Shown here piece by piece: positions 1 to 12,949 of a stretch of 64,000 nucleotides of DNA; within the stretch, counting starts at the first letter, position 1, and the number at the start of each line of letters is the position of its first letter. Position numbers and translations under genes: made by a program. The notes under the pieces are model-generated. The model had not been told where the DNA came from. It saw nothing but the letters and a program-made list of their open reading frames with translations, and ran no database searches. Origin of the DNA: Octopus vulgaris (Eukaryota); the NCBI GenBank assembly GCA_951406725.2, contig OX597819.1, forward strand, positions 67,022,001 through 67,086,000, in the 5' to 3' direction.

Positions 1-125
1 TCAGCTTCTGTCTAACGAATCCACTCACTAGGTTACAGTAGAAAACACTAGCCCAAGGTGCCACACAGTGGGACTAAACCTGGGTCTATGTTGTTGGTAA
101 GCAACATACAGCCACAAAGCCACTC
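1..125 (-). mobile_element. tRNA-derived SINE, 5' part (family with ACCTTGGGCAAGT CORE-like block)
   Basis: Reverse complement reads GGCTTTGTGGCTGT...CAGGTTTAGTCCCACTGTGTGGCACCTTGGGC, matching copies at 14390-14803, 26068-26515 and 28050-28205. Confidence 0.7.
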
Positions 126-132
126 ATATGTG

Positions 133-175
<43 letters not shown>

Positions 176-436
176 GCTTTGAGCATCTGTCGTCCAAACC
201 ACTTTGCTTCTTTAAGTTATAACTGTCACATGCATTACATATTGGGCTCACCCTGGTTTAGAGTGAAATTGTACAATGAAATGCACTTATCACTCACTTA
301 TTTATTGAAAAGTCGTAAAAGAAAAGTCCCTCATAAATATTTATTCTTATATACATGTTACTGAAAATTCAATAATGTTGAAATGAAATGAACTACTCTG
401 TCTCTTTTCTCTGTCTGTCTGTCTGTGTGTGTGTGC

Positions 437-473
<37 letters not shown>

Positions 474-1319
474 ATATTGTCTACATAGTCCATATATATA
501 TATGTCTACATAGTCCATATATATATATGTCATATTGTCTACATAGTCAATTAGATTAAATATATCAAATAGAATCTCTAATCTAATAGGAAAAATAAAT
601 CTAGCACCACCCAGTATAAGAATAACATTTGTTTACTTTCTAATATTTGATCTAATATTGATATACAAATGAATATAGCGATGCTTTTAAATGGTTTTGT
701 CGTCATCATTATCATCAACAACAGCAACCTCATTTGTATTGGGTGTTTATATGAATGTAAATTATTTCAGTGTCGGTGTCAGTGAATTTGTATTGAAGCA
801 ATTTACTCGTCAGAAAATATCCAAATGTTCTATTTGCTTTAAGAAATACCTGTTCTACTTATTGATTTCTCTTACGCTTTGTCAATCCATCGAAGGCGTT
901 AGCTGATAAACATTATCGTACGGTTATACAAAAAATATTGTTTCTTTTCATAATTTTTAAGATGGAGTATCGTCATGCATAAACACATCGCTGTAGCAAG
1001 AACACTTGCCTAATTTCTCTACGAAAGTTGAATCAGGAGTAAGGATATAAAGTTGTGATACATTTTGCAAAAACCGACTTGGAGTTTATTTAAAGGAAAC
1101 ATAAAACAAACACAGAACTATTATTGTCCATTTAGCGTACAAGTTACAAAGCATTACATAAATTGCCACCATTTTCACTAACTGGATATTTACGGAGATT
1201 TAGTACATTCTGTAAGTAAATACAAAACAATATTATGCAAAACGTGTATTATTTGTTCAATAACATTTAATATAACAGTTTATTAAGTTCTGAAATTCAG
1301 TAGTTTTCATTTATAAGAA

Positions 1320-2201
1320 ATGTCTAATAAGCAGGGAGCTTTCAAATTTTCGAATGTTGCAACAATCGTAACTGCTGTGTTGTTCGTAACTTGGATATTT
1401 ATGAATATTTGGTGTTTTATCACTAATAAGAAAAAGATAAATTCCAAATCTCAACTACCACTTTATGTGATGACACTAAATATGGTAGATTCATTGGTCA
1501 TGTTTGCTTGTTTATTAGAGATTTTCTATTTGAGTGACTTCAATGTTCTTTTCTATTTTAATCAGAAGACATGTAAAATATTCACTTTTATATGGAATGC
1601 TTCGAGAATCAGTTCCATATGGATAGCAACTTTTATTTCCCTTCAAACATTTCTGAGTGTATACTTCCCATTGAAACATAGCAAAATTTGCGCGATGAAG
1701 CATGCCATCACATTTATATTAACTACCATTATTTCTTCAGTCGCAGCTGGCATCGTTTCATGCTTGGATATATCGGAGCAATTATTTATCTGCTTTCAAG
1801 AGTATAAAACACCAGAAACACGTATTTTTATTACAGCATTTTTAGTTATTCCAGATTTATTAATGTCTTGTTGCAGCATGTTTGTCTTTTATAACATCAT
1901 ATCTGAATGTTGTTGTTGTTGTGTACAAAGTTATCAGATAAGTAAGTCATCATTCTGCTTTCTACTCATAAAGAACACCATCACAGCAGGAGTAACAGTG
2001 TTATATAACCAATACGTAGAAATGTTCTCAAATAATGCAGTTACTCCATATTTATTCACTGTGTTTTGTCATCATTTTCTAAATGCGTTTGTTTATAAAG
2101 GATGGAATTTCACATTCAAAACACTTGTGGTAAACCTTTTAGTAGACGATTCTTTCAAACGAATATGCGAAAACAATTTTGTCGCTAAATCAGCAATGTA
2201 A
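1320..2201 (+). CDS. Intronless rhodopsin-like (class A) 7TM receptor, divergent orphan/chemoreceptor-like
   Basis: 293-aa non-repetitive ORF with about 7 hydrophobic segments. TM2 YVMTLNMVDSL (LAxxD-like), Cys at the top of TM3 then SSIWIATFISLQTFLSVYFPLK (SxWxxxxxSxERFxAVxxPL-like), ECL2 Cys, TM5 Pro (LVIPD), TM7 LNAFVY. Confidence 0.75.
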   Translation: MSNKQGAFKFSNVATIVTAVLFVTWIFMNIWCFITNKKKINSKSQLPLYVMTLNMVDSLVMFACLLEIFYLSDFNVLFYFNQKTCKIFTFIWNASRISSIWIATFISLQTFLSVYFPLKHSKICAMKHAITFILTTIISSVAAGIVSCLDISEQLFICFQEYKTPETRIFITAFLVIPDLLMSCCSMFVFYNIISECCCCCVQSYQISKSSFCFLLIKNTITAGVTVLYNQYVEMFSNNAVTPYLFTVFCHHFLNAFVYKGWNFTFKTLVVNLLVDDSFKRICENNFVAKSAM

Positions 2202-2734
2202 GTCATCTAAATCTTTCATGGGGATATTTATTTGCAGAAATTACATAATGGCGAAGCAGTGAAATCATTTTATTATTCGACTGTTATTGACTTGATATGT
2301 AAATAGATGGTAATTGCTTTTAAACGGATTATAATATTGTAATCACATTACTGCCATGAAGTGTGAGAGATTGAATTATTTTATCGTACCTAAATGTTTG
2401 TGCACGATGTTTTTAGTCAAGGGCAAAAAATCTATTACCTGTTCTTGATTTAAAATTCCGCGTAATCAAAAATCTCACTTATTTCTTCCTTCGAGAGCTA
2501 ATGATTTTACTTTAAAAATATCTAAAATTCATTCCGTTTACAGGATGTCTTCGGTGGTTTATTGTATTCCTTGTAGCCTCCAAATATAAAGGTTTTTTAA
2601 ATAAAAATGTAACATCCATATTGTTTTCAAGCAGATGATTTTAACCCCGCTCAGTGACATATGCCAGTATTTTGTTAGTTAAATCACTTTGGACAGAGTC
2701 GGTACTCCAAACACTCACACCCACCATTCGTCAC

Positions 2735-2780
<46 letters not shown>

Positions 2781-2798
2781 CAACAAAATATTCAGAGG

Positions 2799-2890
2799 TA
2801 ATGTCGTACGATCGTTTCAAACGACTCCATTTAAATGAACAATGCAACCATTACATCGATTTAAATGCAGAGCAATCCTCAGCTGCATAA
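2799..2890 (-). ncRNA. Degenerate type I hammerhead ribozyme motif with long stem II
   Basis: Minus strand: atgcag CTGAGGA ttgctctgcatttaaat...atttaaatggagtcgttt GAAA CGATCG TA cgacat. Palindromic stem III ACGATCGT; stem I has two mismatches. Confidence 0.55.
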
Positions 2891-2972
2891 CTACATAGAA
2901 TTAAATTAAATTAAAGCAGATGGACACATTAGTATAATTATATCTAAAACCTCCAAGATGGCAAGGATATAT

Positions 2973-3004
<32 letters not shown>

Positions 3005-3020
3005 ATATATATATATATAC

Positions 3021-3315
3021 ATTAAATTTATGCGTCTCGAAACAAACCGATAGACATCTCTAAAAAATTCGTTATTACCGTATTGGTCCAATTTCGGGGT
3101 TAATTCACAAGAAATTTTCCCCTCTTCAGCTGTCTGCTCGGGACTTGGTGCTTGCTTCTTCCGTGGGTATGAATAAGTATTTCATTTATATCTCGCATAT
3201 GTGCCGCTGAAGAGGGGAAAATTTCTTGTGAATTAACCCCGAAATTGGACCAATACGGTAATAACGAATTTTTTAGAGATTTCTATCGGTTTGTTTCGAG
3301 ACGCATAAATTTAAT
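3021..3315. repeat. 110-bp near-perfect inverted repeat (Penelope-type pLTR fold-back)
   Basis: 3021-3130 is the reverse complement of 3206-3315 with one visible mismatch; begins directly after a (TA)n run. Confidence 0.9.
3201..3260 (+). ncRNA. Type I hammerhead ribozyme, intact core
   Basis: gTGCCG CTGAAGA GGGG-19nt-CCCC GAAA TTG-gac-CAA TA CGGTA: stems I, II and III all pair; predicted cleavage after AUA at 3255. Confidence 0.8.
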
Positions 3316-3473
3316 GGTTATCGACATTTTTTTTTTGTTTCGGCGTATCTGGCATTAGGATTTTTCTTCTGACCTTATCTTGTAAATTATGTATAAATTT
3401 TACCTTTAAAGACATTTTTTGATATGCTGGCCATTAATAAAAATTTTTTGCCGAAAAAAGTTTATCCTATATC

Positions 3474-3508
<35 letters not shown>

Positions 3509-3610
3509 CATATATAAATATATATATATGTATATATATTACACGAAAGACAAAGACATATATATATATGTATATATATTACACGAAAGACAAAGACATA
3601 TATATATATG

Positions 3611-3689
<79 letters not shown>

Positions 3690-4294
3690 ATATGTATGTA
3701 TGTATTACCCAAAAGACAAAGAATATTCTTCAAACATACCTTTAATGATTCGTTGCAATTGTTTCTGTGTCAATTGAAGTTCCAACGCCAGTTTACGCAA
3801 AAGTTCGAAGTGAAAATTTATGTAATGTTTGCGGTTTTACACATTACAGAGGCTCTACATCAAAGTTGCACCAAAGTCACAATATGCGTCTTCGAGACCT
3901 AGTTTTTTGGCTTACATCGGGAGGAAGCAGAAAATAAATAAATAAATATGTGGTTATGGGATGATTAAGTGGTGTCAGGATTATTTAGTGTTAAATCTAA
4001 GAGGAGGGATACGAGGAAGAATGAGAAGGCGTTGGAGGTGGGGGAAGGGAGGGGAAAATGAGAAAAAGTAACGAATGTGAAGAATAAGAAGAACAAGAAG
4101 AAGCAGCGGAAGAAGAAGAAAAAGAAGCTAAACATCATAGATAAATTGTGTATGTCTATATGTATTGCAAATCGGTTTGTCTTGGCATGTGATCGGCGTC
4201 AGTCACTGAAAGTAAAAAACCTATTAAAGAGTTTCACTTGACTATTGCCCACAAATGAAATAATGAGGAAATTTATCAAGATTTTGGAGGGGGA

Positions 4295-4456
4295 TTAGGT
4301 CGACCCCAGTACGCTACTGGTACCTAATTTATCGACATCGAAAAATTGAAAAGCAAAGTCGACCTCGGTGGAATTTGAACTCAGAACTTAAAGACAGACG
4401 AGATACTGCTGGAATTTCGCCCGCCGTACTAACCTTTCTGCCAGTTCGCCGCCTTA
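4295..4456 (-). mobile_element. tRNA-derived SINE with Nin/Deu-like central domain
   Basis: Reverse complement AAGGCGGCGAACTGGCAGAAA...CTGAGTTCAAATTCCACCGAGGTCGACTTTGC, matching many copies in the window. Confidence 0.75.
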
Positions 4457-5413
4457 ATATTATAAAATTATTGTTTGAGAAGCGGAATCTGACGAACATG
4501 GAAGTTGGTTAAACAAAAATTTATTCAAACAGTTAAAACGTGAGTGTAAATTACTACTAGGTATGAGCTAGTTAGGGTGAGCGAAAATTGAAGTATAATG
4601 ACTGTGATGTAACTGGATGCTGATATTTAATATACAAGATCTATAAAAATTGTAAAATGACAAATGGACAAACATAAAACCCGAAACAGAATACATTAAT
4701 GTAGTAAGAAGTAGTGAATAGAGGTAAGGTTGTGAAGGTTGCTAGGGAGAACATTAAACCTGTTATAGGGCCGTGGGCAGATAGTTGTCGAATGGTATAG
4801 CTTCCCTCAGCAGGTAAGTCCCATAGTATACTAGATACTGGGGTTGTTTCTCTATGCTGGGGAGAAGTGGGAAGGAAAACAATAGTTAAGGGGTGAAGAG
4901 AAGGGAAACTCAACTATGTAAATTTTGCAAAGATTCTATAGTATTTATGTGGGCACCATAGATAGATGTATGTATGTGTATGCGTATATACATACATAAT
5001 GCATACAAACATGCACACACTTACACACACACACGCTCCCTACACCACAGACACATATATATGTATGTAATACGTGCATGTATATAGAGGTTTGACCAAT
5101 AGTCACACGAGAGTAAATCATAATTCCATAAATACTATCTGTAATTCTCTGTGTCGCTCAAGGATTTCAGTTTGAACAATTTTCATGATATTTCATATTT
5201 AGATGAATTCAGTTGTTAAACATAAATAAAACTTTGAACTACATATTTTGATTTACTGCGTCGGCTGAGCTTTGGCCAAACCCGTTTATAATGGAAATTA
5301 TCACATTAGGAACCCATTTGTTCGAAATCAGAGTGTATAAAAGAAGAACATCTTTGACGGACTATATTTCGCGTTACTGTAGTATGTTACACTTCATGAT
5401 AACAAATAACACT

Positions 5414-7430
5414 ACGAGTTAGCAGAAACGTTAACGCGTCGTGCAAATGCTTAGCGGTATTTTATCTGCCGTTACGTTCTGAGTTCAAATTTCGCCGAGG
5501 TCGACTTTGCCTTTCATCCTTTCGGGGTCGATTAAATAAGTACCAGTCACGCACTGGAGTCGATGTACTCGACTTAATCCGTTTGTCTATCCTAGTTTGT
5601 CCCCTCTGTGTTTAGCCCCTTGTGGGTAGTAAAGAAATAGGTATTTTGTCTGTCTTAAAGGCGGCGAGCTGGCAGAAACGTCAGCTCACCGGGCGAAATA
5701 CTTAGCAGTATTTCATCTGTCATAACATTCTGAGTTCAAATTTCGCCGAGGTCGACTTTGCCTTTCATACTTTTGGGGTCGATAAATTGGATACCAGTTG
5801 CGTTCTGGGGTCGATCTAACCGACTGGTCCCCTCCCCTCAAATTTCGGGCCTTGTTCCTAGATTAGAAAAGAATTCATGATAACAATTTAACTGTTAAGA
5901 CAGTCAACTCTGTGGAAACGAACCTCTTGTAAATGTTTTTGATTTTGCAGCCATTTATTTTGGTAGTTTTTACGATTTATTTATTGTTTTTATTTGTATT
6001 TAGATTTATTCATTTATTTTTCTTCTTTAATAGGGATTCATTTAAAAAATTGCGTAAATAAACACGCTGCACCAACAATATTATCATCATTACTGTTTAT
6101 ATCATTAATTCTAATTTACAGGTATTGAGAGCAGGAAAAATGCGAAATTCGGAAATATTTTTGAAGAATTATATGCAGTTATTATATGTTTTTTTTCATA
6201 TTACCTTTGTAACATACATCTTGAAGAATAGAAAAGATGAGTTTTTACGAAAGAATATATAACGCATCGGTATAAAATGCGATTACAAATAGCGTCATTG
6301 TAAGTGGAATATCATTTGTTTTTTACTGTAGTTTCAGCCCAGAGCTGCGGCCATGCTGATGCACCGCCGTGTCAAACACATTGTATTATTTTACCGTGTT
6401 AAGGCGGCGAGCTAGCAGAAATCAAAAACAACATTTCGTCTGTCTTTACGTTCTGAGTTCACATTCCGCCGAGGTCATCCTTTCGAAGTAGATAAATTAA
6501 GTACAAGTTGCGTAATGGAATCGATCTAATCGACTAGCCCCTTTCCCCCAAAACATTTCGGTCTTTGTGCCTACAGTAGAAAAGAAATGTTAGCACACCT
6601 GGTGAAATGGTTAGCAGCTTTCCATCTCTCTTCACGATCTAGGTTCAAATTTCGCTGAGGTCAAGTTACGCCTTTCTTCCATTCGGGATCGATAAATTAA
6701 GTACCAGTAAAACAGTGGGGTCGATGTAATTGACTGTTCCTCTCACCACATGTATCAGGCTTTGTGCCTTTAATAGAAAGGATTATAAAAATCATTCATT
6801 TTTGCATCCAACATTTTATGCGGCGAATTAGCAGAATTGTTAGCACGCCGGGCAAAATGATAGCGGTAATTCGTCTACTGCTAGGTTCCGAGCTCAAATT
6901 CCGCCCAGGTCGAATTTGCCTTTCATCTTTTCGATATCGGTGTAATTTACTAGTCCCCTCCTCCAAAATTTCAGGCCTTGTGCCTTTAGTAGAAAGCATT
7001 AATTTAACCGTGTTAAAGAGGTGAGCTGGCAGAAACCGTTAGTACGCCGGTCAAAATGCTTAGCAGTATTTCTAAAGGATTAACTTTCTGAGTTCAAATT
7101 CCACCGAGGTTACATTCGTCTTTCAACCTTTCGTATAAGTGGCAGGCAAACAACGAGGTTGTGGTAATCGACTTCTCCTCTCAGCAAAATCAGCTGAAAT
7201 TGTGCCACAGTTTGAAGCCATTATTTAATTGTGTTAAAGAGGCGAAGACGTGGAATCGTTAGTCCGTCAGATAAAGTTTTAACACCATTACTTCTGACTC
7301 TTTACGTTTTAGGTTCAAATCCGGTTGAAATCAGCTCTGCATTACGACACGTAGTAATTGAAAGCCGGGGTCAATTAATCAACTCCCCGTCCCCACCGCG
7401 AACAAATAGGCAGCCTTATGGCAAATTTTA
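5414..7430 (+). mobile_element. Cluster of about 7 co-oriented Nin/Deu-domain SINE copies
   Basis: Repeated GGCGAGCTGGCAGAA...GAGTTCAAAT...GCCTTTCATCCTTTCGGGGTCGAT units starting near 5414, 5658, 6400, 6588, 6820, 7016 and 7236. Confidence 0.8.
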
Positions 7431-7538
7431 AAATATTATATAACAGCATTTGCTAATGGTATATACAAAATTAAATATAGTAACGTCGCATATTAACATT
7501 CTTAATTCCATTACGCTTTTTCATAATAAAGAATAAAA

Positions 7539-8076
7539 GTTTTGAATTGTACAACAATGCACTATAATACAAACAATGGACTATATACATGTTGTAATTT
7601 AGTCATCCATAGTCTGATATGATATTTCGGAATAATATTCCTTCTTCAAATATTCTTAGATGGAGTCGCTGTTATCATCGGTTTTCCAACTTTTTTCTCT
7701 TTTTTTAAAAAAAAAGGAAAAGAATAGATGAGAAAAAAAAAGAAGAGAAAAAGGAAAGATGTACGTATAATACGTAACTTGGAAGCAGCACTACGGATGT
7801 ACCGGCACACATAAGATTGATACATGGCCGACCTCACACTTCTCATGTGGAATTCCGGAAGGTGTTTCGTGAGACCACTGCTGAGACGCTTCAAAAAAAA
7901 AAACAAAAACAAAAAAGAACAGCCGTTGGAAAACCTATTATATCAGCGAGTCCATCTAAGAATATCTGAAGAAGTAATATTATTCGGAAATATCATATCA
8001 GACTCTGGATGACAAAATTACAACAGGCATATAGCCCATTGTGTGTATCATAGTGCATTGTTGTACCATTCAAAAC
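7539..8076. repeat. ~150-bp diverged inverted repeat with ~235-bp spacer
   Basis: 7539-7690 is the approximate reverse complement of 7925-8076. Confidence 0.8.
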
Positions 8077-8738
8077 AATGCTTCTAGCGAACTAAAATAC
8101 TCTCCTTTTTCATAATGTTCTTAAAGTCTTGTATTAAGACAAGATTAATTAATGAACTCAATATTTTTTAAGAAAGTCTGATACTTAACACGCCTTTTCA
8201 GTTCATAAGTGCATGAAATATTCTTGTTGGATGAGCAAATTTAGATAAGTTCTGGGAGATGACAGCTCAAAAGAAGTTATATTAGACAATAATGGACTCA
8301 AAGATGAGTTCGAATGTGAGCCGGATTCCCTAGAAAATTATATGCGAATTAAAATATATTTTGAAGAACTGGCTATTATGATTATTCATTGTTTATTATT
8401 TATCAGAATTAGCTTTGAGTTCTTTATTTTAAGTGGCACCAAATAGATTATTAGAATAAATTGAAATAGCTTAATTGGTTTAAATTTCCGGAAGTGAGTA
8501 TACTACTTAAATATTAGTTTGAAAAAAATTTTTAATTGATATTCAATCAATGAAAAATATTTTTTAAAGAGATATCGCCTTTTGAAAAATTTATAATATA
8601 TGTTTGGAATTTTTAAACAGGTTACTCTAAAAGTACATATAATCAAAGGCACACGCTCGCATATATACTTATGTGTACAATACATATCTATACATATATA
8701 CACTTATACTCATATATAATATTTTGTGCATATATATA

Positions 8739-8771
<33 letters not shown>

Positions 8772-8852
8772 GTATGTGTGTGTACAAAATTTTCTGTGAA
8801 TACATGTATGCATACATACACATATACATACATGCACATATACATACATACA

Positions 8853-8883
<31 letters not shown>

Positions 8884-9139
8884 GTGTGTTTGTGTGTGTG
8901 TGTAAATTTAAAATAATAAGGGTAAAAAATCGAATATTAATTTGAAACATGTCTATGATTAATCTATAATTTTGTATCTTTTCATTTGTCTTGCTCGCTT
9001 GTGTTCTGGCGTTTGCTAAATTTTCTTGAGAACATTCCTTTCATAGTGGTAACACCATAACGGATCTACTTCTTGCATAAGGGTTGTCCACGTAGTGGTC
9101 ACACCTCTTGTATGTATATGTATATATATATATGCATTT

Positions 9140-9452
9140 ATTCTTTTCTTTTACTTGTTTCACTTATTTGCCTGCTGCACCGCATTTAGTCAAGCGGATC
9201 GACTGCAGGACTTACTCTGTGTAAGCCTAGTACTTATTCTATCGGTCTCTTTTTCCGAGCCGCTATTTTACGGTAGCGTAAATACACTAACATTGGTTTT
9301 CAAATGATAGTGGGGAGACAAACACATACACACAAATACATATATGTATATATTTTCGATGGGCTTCTTTCAGTTTCCGTCTATGAAATCCACTGACATG
9401 GTTATAGTAGAAAACACTTACCCAAGATGCCACGCAGTGAGTCTGAACCCGA
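9140..9452 (-). mobile_element. tRNA-derived SINE (CORE-like family), partial
   Basis: Colinear with 14390-14803 (tacttattctatcggtctc...cttctttcagtttccgtcta...cccaagatgccacgcagtg). Confidence 0.75.
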
Positions 9453-9484
9453 AATAAATAAATAAATATATCTATATATATAGT

Positions 9485-9660
9485 TGGAATTTACATAAAA
9501 ACAAAAGATTAAGACAGTTTTATGAACAACAAGCAGGTGTATTAATTTGCCGCTCGGGAAAGTGAGAAAGTCTTTTACGTTTCGAGCCTACGTTCTTTAA
9601 GAGAAAGAAATACGAGGAAATTAACAAAGACAGAGTAAAAACATGTGGAGTTAGTGGTGA
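9485..9660 (-). mobile_element. Penelope-type pLTR remnant with decayed minimal hammerhead
   Basis: Minus strand tcttt CTCTTAA a gaacgtaggctc GAAA CG TA aaaga at 9571-9608; same layout as the 11175 motif but with a mutated core. Confidence 0.45.
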
Positions 9661-9904
9661 GTCATGGCGACTCGTTGAACAAAGGTAGTTAGATAGGGGA
9701 GCTAGGAAGAAGGGTACATAAAAAGTACGGTGATACCAAAACGAAGATTTTGAAAAATTGCTGACTTTCAACTCTCTAATGTATCGGCGTCCCGTTGAGG
9801 AAAATATTATCATCTGCGTCACCTATATGCCATGAACTCGAATAACAAGTTTCACTTGTCCTGGGCGTAGGGTCAAGCAAATATTTAAATACACATATCA
9901 TTAT

Positions 9905-9909
9905 GTGCT

Positions 9910-9943
<34 letters not shown>

Positions 9944-11010
9944 CACACACACACATATACATACACACACACACACACATACATACATACATACATACAT
10001 ACATACATACATACATGCATTTGGGGTTGGCTGTATCGCAGTAATGCGTCAGCGTGTGTGTGTGCCTGTGGATTCACATACACCCACACCACTTTTTTTT
10101 CCATCAATCTTTCAATTATAAAGTGTGTGATTGCATGCATATATATACACACATATAAACATATAAACATGCATATAAACCCCTACATTTGTACACACAC
10201 GCACATATATACATACATTCACTTCCAAGCACGTACACACGCACACACACACATTTACATATATATACAACACACGCACACACACATACACACGTACAAA
10301 CACACCGACACATATACATACACACAATATATACCTACACGCGCACGCACACATACACATACGTACACACAAATAAGCACAGACACACACATACATACGC
10401 ACACAAAAACATGCGCACACATACGCACGCACTCGCGCGAAAAACTCACAACCCCACGGATACACGCATATACATCCATATACGCTTACACACACACACA
10501 TACAAACGCACACATACACGCACACACAACTACACGCACATACATACACACACACACACACAAATGAACCCACACATACATCCCATACACACGGCACACA
10601 ACCATACATACACGTGCACACATACACGCACACAATTATACATACATATATATACACAGACACGCACGTACAAGAACACACGCACACATACACTAAGTTA
10701 AGCACAGTTACTCGCCACACACCTACACTCCACGCATACACACAAAAAACACACACATACACACACACATACTACAAACAAAACACACACACGATACATA
10801 TACATACACGCACACACACATACCTCTTTGTTTTTGACCTGCGATTGGACCCAAAACACCACTCCTTAATTCTTACTACTGGCCTGCTAGCCAGTTGTTC
10901 GCCATACACACACACACACACGCACACACACACATACGTGTCATCATTGCACACATACACACACGCGCGCACACGCTGACCTCCCCGCACGCACTACACC
11001 CACACACATT
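9905..11010. repeat. Compound (TA)n/(CA)n/(TACA)n low-complexity tract
   Basis: Directly visible dinucleotide and tetranucleotide repeats; source of the His/Thr/Tyr/Ile ORFs. Confidence 0.95.
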
Positions 11011-11174
11011 CCCCCTCTCACTTTCTTTACCATACTTTCTTTGATATAACTCTCCTGTCTTTAAAAAACATTATTCTTCTACTTTTACTACTTCCGTCTT
11101 TCAGTATGTTACCTCGTCTGTACCACTAGCGATTTTTCCCCCTGTCTTCCCTTCTCGGGATCTTTCCTTCTCCT

Positions 11175-11213
11175 GTGTTTCCGACGAAGAGCTCCGCTCG
11201 AAACGTCAAACCC
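11175..11213 (+). ncRNA. Minimal type I hammerhead motif (Penelope-type, CCGA core variant)
   Basis: GTTT CCGACGA a GAGC-tcc-GCTC GAAA CG TC AAAC: stem I gttt/aaac, 4-bp stem II, palindromic ACGT stem III, GUC triplet. Confidence 0.7.
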
Positions 11214-12464
11214 TCTTTCTTCCCTTCTTTCCTGAGCGTCCAATAATACTTTATTTGTTCCACGTCCTTGCGTTGTGTTTTTTTTTGTTTTTGTTTTCTT
11301 GTATGGATTAACTATATATGAATATATATACATGTTAGTTTCTGTGTGTCTAAGTATGCGTGTACTTCTCGGAGCATGAGTATATGCATAAATGTATATT
11401 GTGCGAGTATGCAAATGTACGTATTGGCCTATTCTTAAAGGTCAACCAAGGACAATAGCAGGTGCAACCAACCATGAAGAATAAATCAACAGTACAAAGA
11501 AATCAAGTGCCAATCACTTTAACAGTAGCAACCCCACCCCCATCCAAACATTCAAAGCAGTTTGGCAACCGACTTTCAGCCTCAACGCATATCGTGTTAC
11601 ACACAAAGGTTACTACTACTTAGCAAGCCACGGCAAACAGATAGGACTTTTCTTGAAGCAGAGAATTTGAATTTATGGAGAAAATATTTATATATCACCA
11701 GAGGAAACACAACTAGATCTAATAATATAAGAAAACGGTTACATAACCAAATACCTGCAAGCCTGGAGAGCTACTTTGCATAGAAACAATTGTAATGATT
11801 GTAAATAAATGTCCCACCGTACTCATCCTCTTTCAATTATATGAATGTATACGTGTGTGTGTGCGTGCGTGAGTTTGTGTGTGTCTTATTTTATTTATTT
11901 GAATGTGTATCTTTTGTGTGTCTCTGAGTGTTTATTTATGGCTTCGTTTTTCATTCAACCCGGGGTCACCACTTGGAGCTTTTCGTAACTTAGCGGTTCG
12001 CCAAAATTCCGATGAAATTATCTAAAAAATAAATATTAAAATCGATTTTTTTTTTCGGTTGAAAACATCATGGCGGTCCAACTGCCTGGCCGCAGATCGA
12101 TTACTGAAACAAATAAAAACTCTCTCAGACCGATGTAGCCTACAATTATGCTATAAGTAGCTAAAAAAAAACTCTCCCAAAATCACAGACTATTGTTTTT
12201 CAAAATGAAGTAACAATGGGTAATTTAGTTGCTTACTTAGAAAACTAAGGGACTAATAATATGGTAACTTGTGAGAAAGAAACTGAATATGGTTAATGAC
12301 CCCTCGAAATATAAAGGCAATAAGAAGTTTGTGAGAATATTCTAAATATACGACGCATCAGAGAACACCATCATTGTGTACTATGGTACCATTAGTCGCG
12401 TTCAATGTGTAGAAACCAAATTCAGAACTCTCGTTTATAACTATTGAGATTCTTGTTCATTTCG

Positions 12465-12503
12465 TTCTTGTTGTTGTTGTTCTTGTGTTTTTGTTGTTGT
12501 TGT

Positions 12504-12548
<45 letters not shown>

Positions 12549-12900
12549 CGACGACGATGACTTCGACGATGATGAAGTTGACCATGATGATGACGACGAT
12601 GATGATACTGCTGCTACTGCTGCTGATACTGATGATGTTGATGGTGATGATAATGATGATGAGGAGGATGATGTTCATGGTGATGATGACGACGACGATG
12701 ACGACGATGACCACCACCTCGATGATGATGTTGACCATGATGATGATAAACGATGACGATGATGATACTGCTGCTACTGTTGCTGCAGATATTGTTGCTG
12801 CTGCTGCGGCTGATGATGATGATGATGATGAGGAGGATGATGATGATGATGGTGGTGGTGGTGGTGGTGATGGTGATGATGATGGCGATGGCGATGGTGA
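12465..12900. repeat. Compound (GTT)n/(GAT)n/(GAC)n/(GCT)n/(GGT)n trinucleotide tract
   Basis: Directly visible. Confidence 0.95.
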
Positions 12901-12949
12901 GTTTTGTGTCAGATATATTTTTCTCTTCGCTTTGAAATAGATAGTTGTA

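Noticed and set aside
691-906. Upstream ORF as a GPCR paralogue or first exon
   Set aside because: Only a vague TM2-like YLLISLTL segment, followed by stops; unsupported without a profile search
4460-4960. Possible solo LTR
   Set aside because: No second copy, TG..CA termini or TSD could be established
9901-10990. Long His/Thr/Tyr/Val/Cys-rich ORFs (up to 220 aa), and similar ones at 12457-12940, 23560-24410, 29883-30503, 40147-40705 and 50699-51009
   Set aside because: Translations of stop-free microsatellites in several frames; no protein signal
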